Below, in pieces: positions 17,732-27,792 of a stretch of DNA of 64,000 nucleotides (positions are counted from its first letter, which is position 1; every line of letters begins with the position of its first letter). The notes below the pieces were generated by a model, which made no database searches, was not told the origin of the DNA, and saw only the letters and a program-made list of their open reading frames with translations. The position numbers and the translations under genes are program-made. This stretch comes from an uncultured delta proteobacterium (GTDB taxonomy: Bacteria > Myxococcota_A > Polyangia > Polyangiales > Polyangiaceae): the NCBI GenBank assembly GCA_963841435.1, contig CAWJCS010000005.1, forward strand, positions 1,760,001-1,824,000. Reading direction: 5' to 3'.

Positions 17732-19312
17732 TCAGGGCGCGCCGGCGTCGAGGCCGTCTTCTTTCAGCAGATCGTCGAGTGTTTCGCCGGCATCGGGGCT
17801 CTTGGCCTCCGGCGGAGCCGCCGGAGGCTCGTCACCCTTCATCAGGTCATCGAGCGTTTCGCCGGCGTGGTCGGCGCCGTTGTCGTTCAAGAGATCATCG
17901 AGGGTTTCGCCGGACGGCGCCGCGCTGCCGGGCGCTGCCGCGCTGTCCGTGGGAGCGCCGGCGCTTGCTCCGGGTGGCGGCAAGAGGTCACGCAGCTTGG
18001 CGTCGTCGTTCGTCGGGCTCGCGTCGAGCACCACGGGCGCGAGCAAGCGGGAGCTCCACGTCGAGAGCTTGGGGACGTAGCTCACGAGCAGGAGCGCGCC
18101 AGCGAGAATCGCGACGAACGGCCCCACGGCGCGGTACACGACGGGCAGCGGCTTGTCGAAGCGGAAGCTCGAGATGAAGAGGTTCAAGCCGAGCGGCGGC
18201 GCAAGGTACGCGATCTCGAGGTTCAAGAGGAAGATCGCGCCGAGGTGATACGGATCGATACCGAAGTGCAGGCCGATCGGCGCGATGAGAGGCGGCACCA
18301 CGACCACCGCCGAGAAGATCTCCATCAACATGCCGACCACCAGCAAGAAGATGTTGATGACGATCATGAACGTCCACTTCGAGTCGATGAACGTCTTCAT
18401 CGCCTCGAGGAGCAGCTGGGGAACGTTCGCCTGCACGAGGTACGCCGTGAGGCCCACCGCCATGGCGAGGATGATGAGGATCGCGCCCACGAGCACGACG
18501 CACTCGTTCACGATGCGCGGGAGCTCGTTGAGCTTGATGTCCTTGTAGACGAACACCTCGACGATGAGGACGTAGAGCGCCGTGAAGGCCGCCGCCTCGT
18601 GGATGCGCAGCATGCCCGTCGCGAGGCCGCCGATGAGCACGGGGGGCAAGAGGGCCTCCCACTTCGCGTACCAGAGCGCCTTGGCGGCCGCCTTGCCGTC
18701 GAAGGTGGTCCGAGCGATCTTGAGCCGCGTGCCGACGAGGGCGGCGTAGACGGAGAGGGCCACCACCGTCAGCAGCCCCGGGATGAGCGCCGCGATGAAC
18801 AGCCCCTCGATGTCCAGGCCGCTGACGACGCCGTACAGGATGACGGGCACGCTCGGCGGGAAGAGCACGCCGAGCGAGCCGCCCGTCGTGACGAGCCCGA
18901 GCGAGAAGCGCTCCTGGTATTTTTCGGCGACGAGCGCCGGGAACAGCAGCGCGCCGATGGCGACGATCGTGACGCCGCTTCCCCCCGTGAACGTCGTGAA
19001 AATGGCCGACGTGATGAGGCAAACGATCGCGAGGCCGCCCGGTACCCAGCCGAACAGCGCGCGCGCCACGCTGACGAGGCGCAAGGGGGCCTTGCTCGAC
19101 GCGAGCGCCACGCCCGCGAACGTAAAGAGCGGAATCGTCACGAGCAGCGGCGAATCCGCGAATTTCGCGCTGAACATGTCGTTCGCCGCGCTGCTGAGCG
19201 GCGTGTTCGGCAAGAGCGCGAAGAGCCAGACGGAGAGGCCGCCGAAAATCAGAAAGAGCGGCGCACCCGAGATCGCGAGCGCCAGCATGACGAGCAGCGC
19301 AACCCCGACCAT
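17732..19312 (-). CDS. dctM: TRAP transporter large permease
   Basis: LVTIPLFTFAG, FTTFTGGSGVTIVAIG, GSLGVLFPPSVPVILYG, IAYLAPPLGLNLF. Confidence 0.93.
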   Translation of the reverse strand: MVGVALLVMLALAISGAPLFLIFGGLSVWLFALLPNTPLSSAANDMFSAKFADSPLLVTIPLFTFAGVALASSKAPLRLVSVARALFGWVPGGLAIVCLITSAIFTTFTGGSGVTIVAIGALLFPALVAEKYQERFSLGLVTTGGSLGVLFPPSVPVILYGVVSGLDIEGLFIAALIPGLLTVVALSVYAALVGTRLKIARTTFDGKAAAKALWYAKWEALLPPVLIGGLATGMLRIHEAAAFTALYVLIVEVFVYKDIKLNELPRIVNECVVLVGAILIILAMAVGLTAYLVQANVPQLLLEAMKTFIDSKWTFMIVINIFLLVVGMLMEIFSAVVVVPPLIAPIGLHFGIDPYHLGAIFLLNLEIAYLAPPLGLNLFISSFRFDKPLPVVYRAVGPFVAILAGALLLVSYVPKLSTWSSRLLAPVVLDASPTNDDAKLRDLLPPPGASAGAPTDSAAAPGSAAPSGETLDDLLNDNGADHAGETLDDLMKGDEPPAAPPEAKSPDAGETLDDLLKEDGLDAGAP

Positions 19313-20010
19313 CAGCCCTCCTCTTTCGGCGGCGTGCCCGGCCCGTGAGCATCATCCGCCTTGAGAGTGACGCCACGAGTGTGGGCGATGACGATCGAAA
19401 TCGAGCGCGCGATGAGGCGGATGCCGATCGCGACGAACATCAGCGGCGTGATGAGCTGCGCCATGCCTTCGCCGCTCGACACGGGAATGTGGATGGCGGT
19501 GAACCCGGCGCGCAGCGCACAGAAGAAGGCCGGCCTGCCGAGCTTTTCGGCGATGTCAGGCGCGGCGTCGCAGATGTGAATGACCTGCCCGTCGCGGGTG
19601 AGCGCCTCGTAGTCGAACGGAATCGCCTGGTCGGCGATCAGGCACGCCTGGAAGAACACCTTGGCGAGCACGAAGGCGATGATGCCCGCGCCGAACGCCG
19701 CAAACACCCGTAAGATCGCGGAGATACGCTGCGGGGCCAGGCGCGGCAAAAGATCGATCGCGATGTGCTTGTTCTTCTGAGTCGCCAGCGACGCTCCGAG
19801 GAACGCGACCCAGAGCGTCCCCTTCTGCAAGAACGCGTCCGACCAGGACATCGCGTCGAGCGCGGCGCGCGCCCAGCTGATGTCGTGCTCGGCGATGTTG
19901 AAGAACAGCGCCTGCAGCGACGCGACCACGACCATTCCGAGCAGGACAGCGACGGCAATCGCCCCCTCCACGCGTGCGACGCGCTGATCGAAACGCTCGA
20001 GCTTTCCCAC
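19312..20010 (-). CDS. dctQ: TRAP transporter small permease
   Basis: LWVAFLGASLAT..KHIAIDLL; about 4 TM segments; adjacent to dctM. Confidence 0.88.
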   Translation of the reverse strand: MGKLERFDQRVARVEGAIAVAVLLGMVVVASLQALFFNIAEHDISWARAALDAMSWSDAFLQKGTLWVAFLGASLATQKNKHIAIDLLPRLAPQRISAILRVFAAFGAGIIAFVLAKVFFQACLIADQAIPFDYEALTRDGQVIHICDAAPDIAEKLGRPAFFCALRAGFTAIHIPVSSGEGMAQLITPLMFVAIGIRLIARSISIVIAHTRGVTLKADDAHGPGTPPKEEG

Positions 20011-20022
20011 GATAGAATTGGA

Positions 20023-21027
20023 TCAGGCGTGGGAGGCGATGTCCTCGACGCGCTTCAGGAGGTCGGCAGGGTACAGCTTGCCGACCAGGGATAGGCGGGC
20101 CTTCTTGAGCACTTCGTCCCAAGCCTTCATGTTGTCGGCGAGGCTCACGGCCTTGACGCCGCGTTTGAGGATGGCGTCGAAGGCGCGGTCGTCGTCGCGA
20201 CGGATGGCCGCCGTGAGCGCGCGCTCGGCCGTCTTGCTCGTTTCCACGAGGGCGGCCCGCAGCGGCTCAGCGAGCTTCATAAAGCTTTCCTTCTTGATGA
20301 CGATGGCGCCGACGACGATGCCGCGCGGCTCCTTCGTCACGTGCGTCGCCTTGGTGAACCACTGGAAGGCGACCGCGGCGATCGAAGTGCCGGGGAAGGC
20401 GTCGATGCGGTTCGTGCGGAGGGCCGGGTAAACCTCGGGCAAGCCGAGCGGCACGCCGTTGACGCCGGCCGCGTCGAGCACGCTCTGCCAGGTCGGGTCG
20501 TCGCGCCAGGTCCACATGCGCGTCTGCCGCATGTCGGCAGGCGTGACGATCGGCCGATTCGCGAACACACGACCCTGACCGGCGTCACCCCAGTAAAGTA
20601 GCTTGAAACCGGCCGAGTCGAACTGCTGCTCGAACTCCGAAGCGAGCTTGGTGCGCACGGCGTCGATGCGCGGGTAGGTGTGGCAAACGCCGGGCGCCTG
20701 CAGCACGAGCGAGGAGCGCACGATCTGGCCGAGCCCGACCGTCGTCACGGCCGCGGCGTCGATCTGACCGGCGCGCATCTTGCGCACGGCGTCACGCTCG
20801 TCGCCCGCGGCACCGCCCGAGTAGAAGTGGATCTCGAGCTGGCCCTTCGTCTTTTCCTTGAGCGAGTTGTTCCACGCTTCGAACACGCGCATCCAGGACG
20901 AACCGTTCGGCGCCAGCGTGGCCATGCGCAGCACCGTCTTCTCGTCGGCGCGGGCGTTGGTGGTGAGGCCGAGCGCCGACGCCGAAGCGGTGGCGGCGGC
21001 AGCCTTCAGGAAATGACGACGCTGCAT
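20023..21027 (-). CDS. dctP: TRAP substrate-binding protein (DctP/TatP type) with Tat signal
   Basis: MQRRHFLK twin-arginine signal; LRMATLAPNGSSW, GGAAGDERDAVRKMRAGQID. Confidence 0.92.
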   Translation of the reverse strand: MQRRHFLKAAAATASASALGLTTNARADEKTVLRMATLAPNGSSWMRVFEAWNNSLKEKTKGQLEIHFYSGGAAGDERDAVRKMRAGQIDAAAVTTVGLGQIVRSSLVLQAPGVCHTYPRIDAVRTKLASEFEQQFDSAGFKLLYWGDAGQGRVFANRPIVTPADMRQTRMWTWRDDPTWQSVLDAAGVNGVPLGLPEVYPALRTNRIDAFPGTSIAAVAFQWFTKATHVTKEPRGIVVGAIVIKKESFMKLAEPLRAALVETSKTAERALTAAIRRDDDRAFDAILKRGVKAVSLADNMKAWDEVLKKARLSLVGKLYPADLLKRVEDIASHA

Positions 21028-21208
21028 GGGGCAATTCTCCTACGGGCGGAATGTTTTCGAGGCGAGCGATCCGCCACGAGGCATCGTACGCGCGGTTGAC
21101 CTAGCACACCCCCTATTCCCGACCAACGTTGGCAATCTCTCGTAACGCGCTGGATTTCTCATCTTTTTGTGTCCGACCCCGCGACGCGTCGCGCGCTGGG
21201 CGAGGCGC

Positions 21209-22435
21209 TCACTTCGCCGCGCCCGAGGGTGTCTTCGTGGTGGTGCTCGGCGCCTTCGTGGGGGCGGTCGGCTCCTTGGGTGCCGCGGTCGTCTTGGTTG
21301 AGGGAGGCTTGGGCGGGGTAGCGGCCTTCGCGGCGGACGCCGGCTTCGCCGGCTCGGGCTTGGCGGCGGCCGGTGCTGCAGCGGTGGCGGGCGTCGGAGG
21401 CGCAGCCGCCGGTGTCACAGCACCAGGCGCCTCTTCAGACTGTGGCCCATCGGGTGGAAGGTCAGGCAGCGGCGGCAAGATCAAATCGTCGCCCCGGCGC
21501 AGAAGGCGCACCGCCCGCCGGTGGGCGATGGTGTTCGGCAGCGCGAGCGTCGTGTGCTCCGGAATGGGCGCGTTGACCACCTCGTTGAGCAGCGCGTCGA
21601 AGAGCTTCCGATTCTGAGACTGGACCGCGTAGTACTGGGCGTAGTTCACGTGTGCGAGCAGGGCCTTGCGCCCCGTGAGCGCGAGCGCGCGCTCGAAGTG
21701 CTGCTTGCCGAGCTCCGGATTTCCTCCGACGCTCGCGCCCCGGCTCGAGTTCACGACGCCGAGGAACACGTGACCCGCCGCGTTGTAATACTTCTCGTCG
21801 AGCTCGACCGACCGCTCGACGAGGGTGCTCGCGAGCGCGAGATCCGCGATGAGCGTCGGATCGTCGCGTGAAACGCCGATGGCCGAGCCCCAGGCGTACC
21901 CGGTCCAGAAAAGGGCCGGAGCGTCCTCCGGATCCTTCAACTCTTCGGTCAGGAACTTCTTGAGCGCGTCGGGGTCGCGCTGGAGCACGTCCTTCAGCTT
22001 GGGCGTCTCGAGCTCGAGGAGCCGGAGCCCGAAGTCGCGGCCCTTGAGGTACATCGCGCGAGCGCGGGCGCGCGCCTGGTCGGCCGCGTCGAGGTCGCCC
22101 TTCTCCTCGGCCCGTTCCTTGTCGTCCTCGACGAAACCGTACGCGTAGGACGCAAACCCCCAGGCCGCGAGCAAAAGAAGATGCGGATCATCCGGACTGA
22201 CGCGCAGCAGCCCCTCGGTCTGGATCAGGTTTCCCGGGATGCCCGTGCGCGCAAACTCGTAGTCCGTCTGCTCCTCGATCGTGGGCGAGGCCTTCTCCAT
22301 GATCTCGGCCTGCGTGCTCACGGCGAGCTTCGTCATGCTGCAGCCGGCGCACAGCGCCACCGCGCCGAGCGGCAGCGCGCGATTCGAAAAGCGACCGAGG
22401 GCCGCCCAGGCGGAGCGTTCACGATGCATGGTCAT
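21209..22435 (-). CDS. tatT: TRAP transporter T-component (TatT) lipoprotein
   Basis: Lipobox LCAGC; FASYAYGFVE, ALFWTGYAW, GGNPELGKQHFERAL; upstream of dctPQM. Confidence 0.85.
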   Translation of the reverse strand: MTMHRERSAWAALGRFSNRALPLGAVALCAGCSMTKLAVSTQAEIMEKASPTIEEQTDYEFARTGIPGNLIQTEGLLRVSPDDPHLLLLAAWGFASYAYGFVEDDKERAEEKGDLDAADQARARARAMYLKGRDFGLRLLELETPKLKDVLQRDPDALKKFLTEELKDPEDAPALFWTGYAWGSAIGVSRDDPTLIADLALASTLVERSVELDEKYYNAAGHVFLGVVNSSRGASVGGNPELGKQHFERALALTGRKALLAHVNYAQYYAVQSQNRKLFDALLNEVVNAPIPEHTTLALPNTIAHRRAVRLLRRGDDLILPPLPDLPPDGPQSEEAPGAVTPAAAPPTPATAAAPAAAKPEPAKPASAAKAATPPKPPSTKTTAAPKEPTAPTKAPSTTTKTPSGAAK

Positions 22436-22494
22436 CTCTCTGGGGCGAAGGACGATGAAGACTCGCTGGCCGAACGTTTCCGGCACTCTTTTCG

Positions 22495-23958
22495 TCAGAA
22501 ACGATACATGAGGTCAATCGACGCCACGTGCGCGTGCGCATCGTACGTGCCGGCGTTGACGGCGGGGGCGGGAATGCCGGGGTAATTCGGGTCACAGAGT
22601 GCGGGATCGGTGTACGGCGGCGTGCACGCGCTGCCCGGCACCACTTGATGAACCCGGGCGTCACCTTCGCTCACGTGGGCGGTCGGCTGATGGCGGTATT
22701 CGTAGGCGAGGGCGAGCTCTGCGCCGCGGTAGAAGAACGACGCGCCGAGTGTCCCGCCCAGCTGCTCACCGCTCGCGAAATCGACGTTCAGGTAGTGTGG
22801 GTTCGCAACGGCGCTCTCGTAGAAGGCACCGGCCCGTACGGTCACGAGGTCCTTCACGGCGGCGTAGTCGCCGCCGAGCATCACGGCGAGCGTGTTGCGC
22901 CAGTGCTTCTCGATCTCGATGCGACCGATGGGGACGTCGTTGCCCTGCAGGTTTGCAATCAAATTGTTCGACTCGACGTCGAAGCGTTTCACCCGGCGCC
23001 ACGTCTCGAGCACGAAGTCGAGCTCCACGTCGAATAGCTCGCGCTCGCCCTCGAGGTGCCGGTAGCGCGCACCGGCGCGGGCCGTGAGCGGCAGCGGGAA
23101 GGTGATGCTCACGTCGTCGGCCGGAATCCCGTCACGCTTGAGCGTGATATCGCCCGCAACGTCGGGGTCCACGGCGGTCGTCGTCAGCTTGCTCTTGGTT
23201 TTCACGTCCGCCGGGATGATCTGCCCCGACAGCGCGAGCTCGAGGAACGGCGCCGGTCGATACCAGGTGCCGAGCACGGCGTTCGGCGTGAAAAGGTCCG
23301 AGCCGTCCGTCGTGGCATGGATGTCGAGCTCGCTCGAAACCGGGTAAGCATTGCCGCCGATCGATGAGCCCTGGATGACGAGGTCGTAGCGGAGCTTCGG
23401 CACGGCGACCCAGACGAGGCTCACTCCGGCGCCGAACACCTCGCGATAGTGATAGGCGGCCGTTGCCGCGTAGTTCACGATCAGCGCCTCGCGGCTCAGC
23501 ATCATGTAGCGCTGGCCGCCGGTGATCGGAAACTCCTCGCGGCTCGCTCCGGTGACGGCGACCGCCGCGAGCGCAAAGCGAAAGTCCGGGAGGCCGAAGT
23601 CGGTCGCCACGCCGAGCAGCGGATCGAGAACCTGCCAGGGCTTCTCGTTGTCCACCGTCGCAAACTCCACGTACGGCGGCACGGCATCGCTCGAGCCCCA
23701 GTCGAGCGTCGGCGCGCGCTTGTACGAGAGCGCATTGTACGAAAAGCGGTTCCCGAGCTGCAGCAGGGTTCCATGCCCGTGGGCGAGACCCGCGGGATTG
23801 ATGATGACGGCGCTGATATCGTCCGCCTTGGCGACGAACGCCCCGCCGCGCCCCGAAGCCTGGGCGCCGTTCGGCCCGTAGAAGTAGCCGCCCGCGAGCG
23901 CCGGGGTGGCCAAGCCCACGAGCGTGCCGAAGACCGACAGGGCAAAGAGTGACCTCAT
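22495..23958 (-). CDS. FadL/OmpP1-like outer-membrane hydrophobic-compound channel
   Basis: Signal peptide, then GA...GRGGAFVAKADD.SA..INPAGLA hatch motif; C-terminal Phe (YRF). Confidence 0.88.
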   Translation of the reverse strand: MRSLFALSVFGTLVGLATPALAGGYFYGPNGAQASGRGGAFVAKADDISAVIINPAGLAHGHGTLLQLGNRFSYNALSYKRAPTLDWGSSDAVPPYVEFATVDNEKPWQVLDPLLGVATDFGLPDFRFALAAVAVTGASREEFPITGGQRYMMLSREALIVNYAATAAYHYREVFGAGVSLVWVAVPKLRYDLVIQGSSIGGNAYPVSSELDIHATTDGSDLFTPNAVLGTWYRPAPFLELALSGQIIPADVKTKSKLTTTAVDPDVAGDITLKRDGIPADDVSITFPLPLTARAGARYRHLEGERELFDVELDFVLETWRRVKRFDVESNNLIANLQGNDVPIGRIEIEKHWRNTLAVMLGGDYAAVKDLVTVRAGAFYESAVANPHYLNVDFASGEQLGGTLGASFFYRGAELALAYEYRHQPTAHVSEGDARVHQVVPGSACTPPYTDPALCDPNYPGIPAPAVNAGTYDAHAHVASIDLMYRF

Positions 23959-25349
23959 GGCTCGCTCTTCGGCACTCGGCTCGCGCTCGAGTACAGGGAA
24001 TTCGACTTCGTGAGCGTGTGGTAACCGAACGACCAATCGCTCGGCGCTTCGACTCGCCACAGCGACTCGTCGTCCTCGTTGACGAGCTCGAGGCGACCGG
24101 CAGAGCCCCAGCTCACGAACCAATCGCGATTCGGCAGGCGTGTCGGCTCACCGAACGCGTCGACATGGACGCTCGGGTCAGGCAGTAGCACACGCGTTTC
24201 TGCGACGGTCATCGCCGTGAGGTCGAGCTGGTACTCCACGACGCGCGACTCGTCCGCGTTGGCGTCGTTGTCCATCACGAGCAGGCGATCGCCGTAGGCC
24301 GCGAACTGGTGCTGATGCAGGAAAGGGGTCGAGCCGTCCGCGAAGTCGAGCGTGCCGCCCGTCGCGCCGACCACCCAGTCGCAGCTCCCCGTTTGGCGAT
24401 CGACGCGCGCGATGCTGCTCAGGTTTTCGAGGCTCACGTAGTAAACGTCCTCGTCGGCGGTCTCCGAATAATCGAGCGCGTTCGCAAACGTCCAGACCGC
24501 GCCCGTGCTGTCGCCGACGTCGACCGCAGGATCGAAACAGTCTGCCGTCGTGAAGACCGTCGAATTGTCGCCGCCGGGAGCAATCTCGACGATGCGGTCG
24601 CCCCGCGGATCGCTGCCAGAGGGCTCCTCCATCGCGATCGCGGCGATGGTCCCGTCAGCGCGCTCCACGAAATCTCCCGCGAGGTACGGCACCGAAAACG
24701 ACTCCTTCTCCTCACCGTCCAGCCCCACGCGCACGATCTCGGAGTCGGGCGTCGAGTCCTCACCGAGCAGGCTGGCGTCGTAGAGCACGCTGGTGCCGTC
24801 GACGGAGAGCACGGCTCGGTGGATTTCGAGTCCCCGGTCGTCTTCGTGGTACCAGACGATCTGCCCGTCCGTGTCGATGATCGCGACGGTAGGCGCGCCG
24901 CCCTGAAGCGGCACGACGACGTAGCGCTCGAGCCCGCCGCCCTCGAGCGAGAGCGCGGGCAGCTTCGACGGTAGCGAGCCGGTGCGAAACGTCAGGATTT
25001 CGCTCGCGCCCGCGTCGTCGCCGTCCCAGGTGACGACGCGGTAGTAGTACGTCGTATCGGCCTGCAAACCGAGCAACATGTCGGCGTGGGCGACGGCCGG
25101 GTCGGTCTCCATGGGTGTCGAGTACGCCATGGAGGGTGTGGGCCCGTACTCGACGTAAGCCGTACTAGCTTCCGTCGTGCCAAACGTCACGGTCACGAGC
25201 GTCGCGATGTCAGGGCTCTTTTCGACGGATACGCCCGTCGGACGGCGCGCGGCGAGCTCGTCGCCACACGCGCTCACCGCGAGCGCGGCGCCGCAACACG
25301 AAATGGCCAGCCGCCGGCCGACGCCGCCGAACGGACCAGTCGCACTCAC
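23955..25349 (-). CDS. Second arylsulfotransferase-like lipoprotein with FN3-like domain
   Basis: Lipobox VSAC, LLGLQADTTYYYRV, IIDTDGQIVWY, FANALDY, HQH, LVMDN, RLPN..FVSWG; GTGA overlap with upstream gene. Confidence 0.75.
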   Translation of the reverse strand: MSATGPFGGVGRRLAISCCGAALAVSACGDELAARRPTGVSVEKSPDIATLVTVTFGTTEASTAYVEYGPTPSMAYSTPMETDPAVAHADMLLGLQADTTYYYRVVTWDGDDAGASEILTFRTGSLPSKLPALSLEGGGLERYVVVPLQGGAPTVAIIDTDGQIVWYHEDDRGLEIHRAVLSVDGTSVLYDASLLGEDSTPDSEIVRVGLDGEEKESFSVPYLAGDFVERADGTIAAIAMEEPSGSDPRGDRIVEIAPGGDNSTVFTTADCFDPAVDVGDSTGAVWTFANALDYSETADEDVYYVSLENLSSIARVDRQTGSCDWVVGATGGTLDFADGSTPFLHQHQFAAYGDRLLVMDNDANADESRVVEYQLDLTAMTVAETRVLLPDPSVHVDAFGEPTRLPNRDWFVSWGSAGRLELVNEDDESLWRVEAPSDWSFGYHTLTKSNSLYSSASRVPKSEP

Positions 25350-26386
25350 GGAGCGCTCGGGTTGAGCTCGGAGAGCACGAGAGGCTGCGGGTTCTGGCAG
25401 TTGTTGCAGCGCAGGGCGACCATCCAACTGCCCGTCCCCTGGCCGTCGAAACCGTCGAACGCGTTGCCGTCGGCATCGCGTGCCGCCTCCAGGTTCATGC
25501 TCTTGGTCGCCGCTGGGACGCTCACCTTCCAGAGCGGGTCAGCATTGATCTCAACGTCGAAGAAGTCGTCCTGGACCTGGGTGGGCGTCATGTTCGGGTA
25601 GAACCCGACCAACAGCTCGTTGATGAGATTGAACGCAGTGGGGTTCCCCAGCGAGTCCACCTTGACGTCGCCCCAGCTCGCGACCCACGGGCCGTTCATG
25701 GGAGCGTCAACGGGCGTTCCGAGCGAAGCCTCGAAATCGAGCAGGCCGCAGCCGGTCTCGACGTCCACCTGATCGACGACCGAGCTGTCCGACGGCTTGA
25801 GGAAGGCCATGGTGCTCGTGCCGATGCCCGGGCTCTTCGTGGTACCGGCCGCGACCAGATAAATCAGATTGCTGTCCGTCGTGAAGTCGGACTCGAGATC
25901 GATTGGCGTGCCACCGAGACTTTTGAAGGCGTCGAGCGAAACGCACGGCGACGACTGATCCGTCTCGTACGTCCACACGGCGTCGAAGTCGCTCTGGCTC
26001 AGCGTACCCTTGGTGAGGACCTGGGCCGCCTCCTCTTCGGTCACGTCCTTGAAGCGAAGCAGCGTGAGGAGCTTGATGCCGCTCACGTCAACCGCGTGGC
26101 ACTGAATGTCGTCCATGATGCTGTCGAGGCAGACTTCGACATTCGTACCCGCAACCGTGGGGTGACTGACGGGTGTCAGCACGCTCTTCACGGTCGTGTA
26201 GTTGTTCGCTTGCGACAGCACGATGGTCGCCTGCGTCGAAGGACCTGGATTGGGTCCACTGTCGTCATCGCCACCACCACAGCCCAGCGCGAGGCAAGCT
26301 GCGTAGGCCGCGGAAACTAAAAGAGAAATGCGCGGGCCCTTCGAAGCGCGCGCGAGGGAATGAACGTGTGACGAACGGCTCGACAT
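25346..26386 (-). CDS. Hypothetical lipoprotein with C-terminal CxxCxNPxP motif
   Basis: Lipobox ALGC; ALRCNNCQNPQP; paralog of 13904-15088. Confidence 0.85.
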   Translation of the reverse strand: MSSRSSHVHSLARASKGPRISLLVSAAYAACLALGCGGGDDDSGPNPGPSTQATIVLSQANNYTTVKSVLTPVSHPTVAGTNVEVCLDSIMDDIQCHAVDVSGIKLLTLLRFKDVTEEEAAQVLTKGTLSQSDFDAVWTYETDQSSPCVSLDAFKSLGGTPIDLESDFTTDSNLIYLVAAGTTKSPGIGTSTMAFLKPSDSSVVDQVDVETGCGLLDFEASLGTPVDAPMNGPWVASWGDVKVDSLGNPTAFNLINELLVGFYPNMTPTQVQDDFFDVEINADPLWKVSVPAATKSMNLEAARDADGNAFDGFDGQGTGSWMVALRCNNCQNPQPLVLSELNPSAP

Positions 26387-26735
26387 GGTCGCGGAAGTAG
26401 AGCCCAAAGCGCGACGTTGCGCCAGCCGATCCGAGCACATTTTCGGCTCGAATCATGCGATCAGCGGCTGGGTGCGCGGCCGGTCGGTACACAAATCGAA
26501 ACAACAATTTGGTCTGAAAAGTGCGCGCAAGACTTTGTCCGGGCATCTCTGGTTACAGTTCGCTCTGTCCCCATCGCATGGTCGTGCTCTTGAACTTTTC
26601 CGTTGGCGTCGCGCTTTCGCGAACGGTTTTGCAGTGAGACTGCCCGAATACTATGATGGAGCACGCACGGCGGCGCGGTCGCGCGCACCCGCGAGGTGAC
26701 GCGCGTGACCCACCGTCCCGCCACGGAGATCCCCA

Positions 26736-27792
26736 TTGAGCCTACCCGAACTCTACGTGTCGCGACCGGGCATCAGCCACCCTGCAGCACGCGTCGACAA
26801 CCAGGAAATTCTGCGGCGGGTGCACGAGCGCTACCGAGGCGACGAGGCGGACTGGCCGACCGTCGAATCCGCCATCACGCACGTCTTTGGGCTGTGCAAC
26901 ACGAAGGTCCGCTACCTCGAGGATGATCCGAATGCGCGCGTCGCCGACTACGCCGTGCAGGCAGCGCAGCGTTGCCTCAAGATCAACGGCGTCACGGCGA
27001 GCGAGGTCGACATCGTGATCAGCGGCGGCATCGCCCGGCAGTACTTCGAGCCCGCCACGGCCATGGAGATCGCCGCGAAGCTCGGCCTGAAGCGCACGCA
27101 CGCGCTCGAACGTCACGGCCGCCTGCGTCGGCCACCTCGAAGCCATCCAGGCGGCCGCCGGCTACTTCGCGATCCATGACGACTACCAGACGGCGCTCGT
27201 CTGCGCGTCCGAGCTCTTCGGTCACTACCTGAGCTACGACATCCAGACGGTCAAGGACCTCTACATGAAGTCCGCGGGCCTCACGGTCGGCAACGCCGCG
27301 GCCTGCGTCCTGCTCCGACGGGTGCCGTGGCCAGGTGGTGGCATTCGCCTGATCAAGATCGACTCGTATACGGCGCCTGATCACTGGCACCTCTGCCAGG
27401 TGCCCATCGATCGCACCTTCGAGTCGTCGTCCGTCGAGATGATGCGGCTGAGCAAGCTCATCCCGCCGTGGCTCAAAGACCGCCTGGAGACGCTCGGGTG
27501 GACCCCGCAAGAGGTCAACCACTACGTCTTCCATCAGCCGAGCGAAATGATGGTGAGAAAGCTATTGGAAGACGTGGGCGCGGATCCCGAACGGGGCGTC
27601 TACACCCACTCGCTCTACGGCAACACGGCGAGCGCCGCCGTGGGCGTCACGTACCACCGGCTGCTGGAATCGCGGCAGGTGAAAGAGGGCGACAAGCTCG
27701 TGCTCGGCAGCGCCGCTGCCGGGTTTTCAATGGTATTTTCGGCTGGCATTTGGACGGGACCGAGCGTCGGTCCAACGGAGAATTCAGCATGA
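26736..27792 (+). CDS. KAS III/OleA-like condensing enzyme; +1 frameshift at ~27109
   Basis: YFEPATA; HALDVTAAC after removing one A; AGLTVGNAAA; FHQPS; YGNTASA. TTG start with GGAG RBS. Confidence 0.85.
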
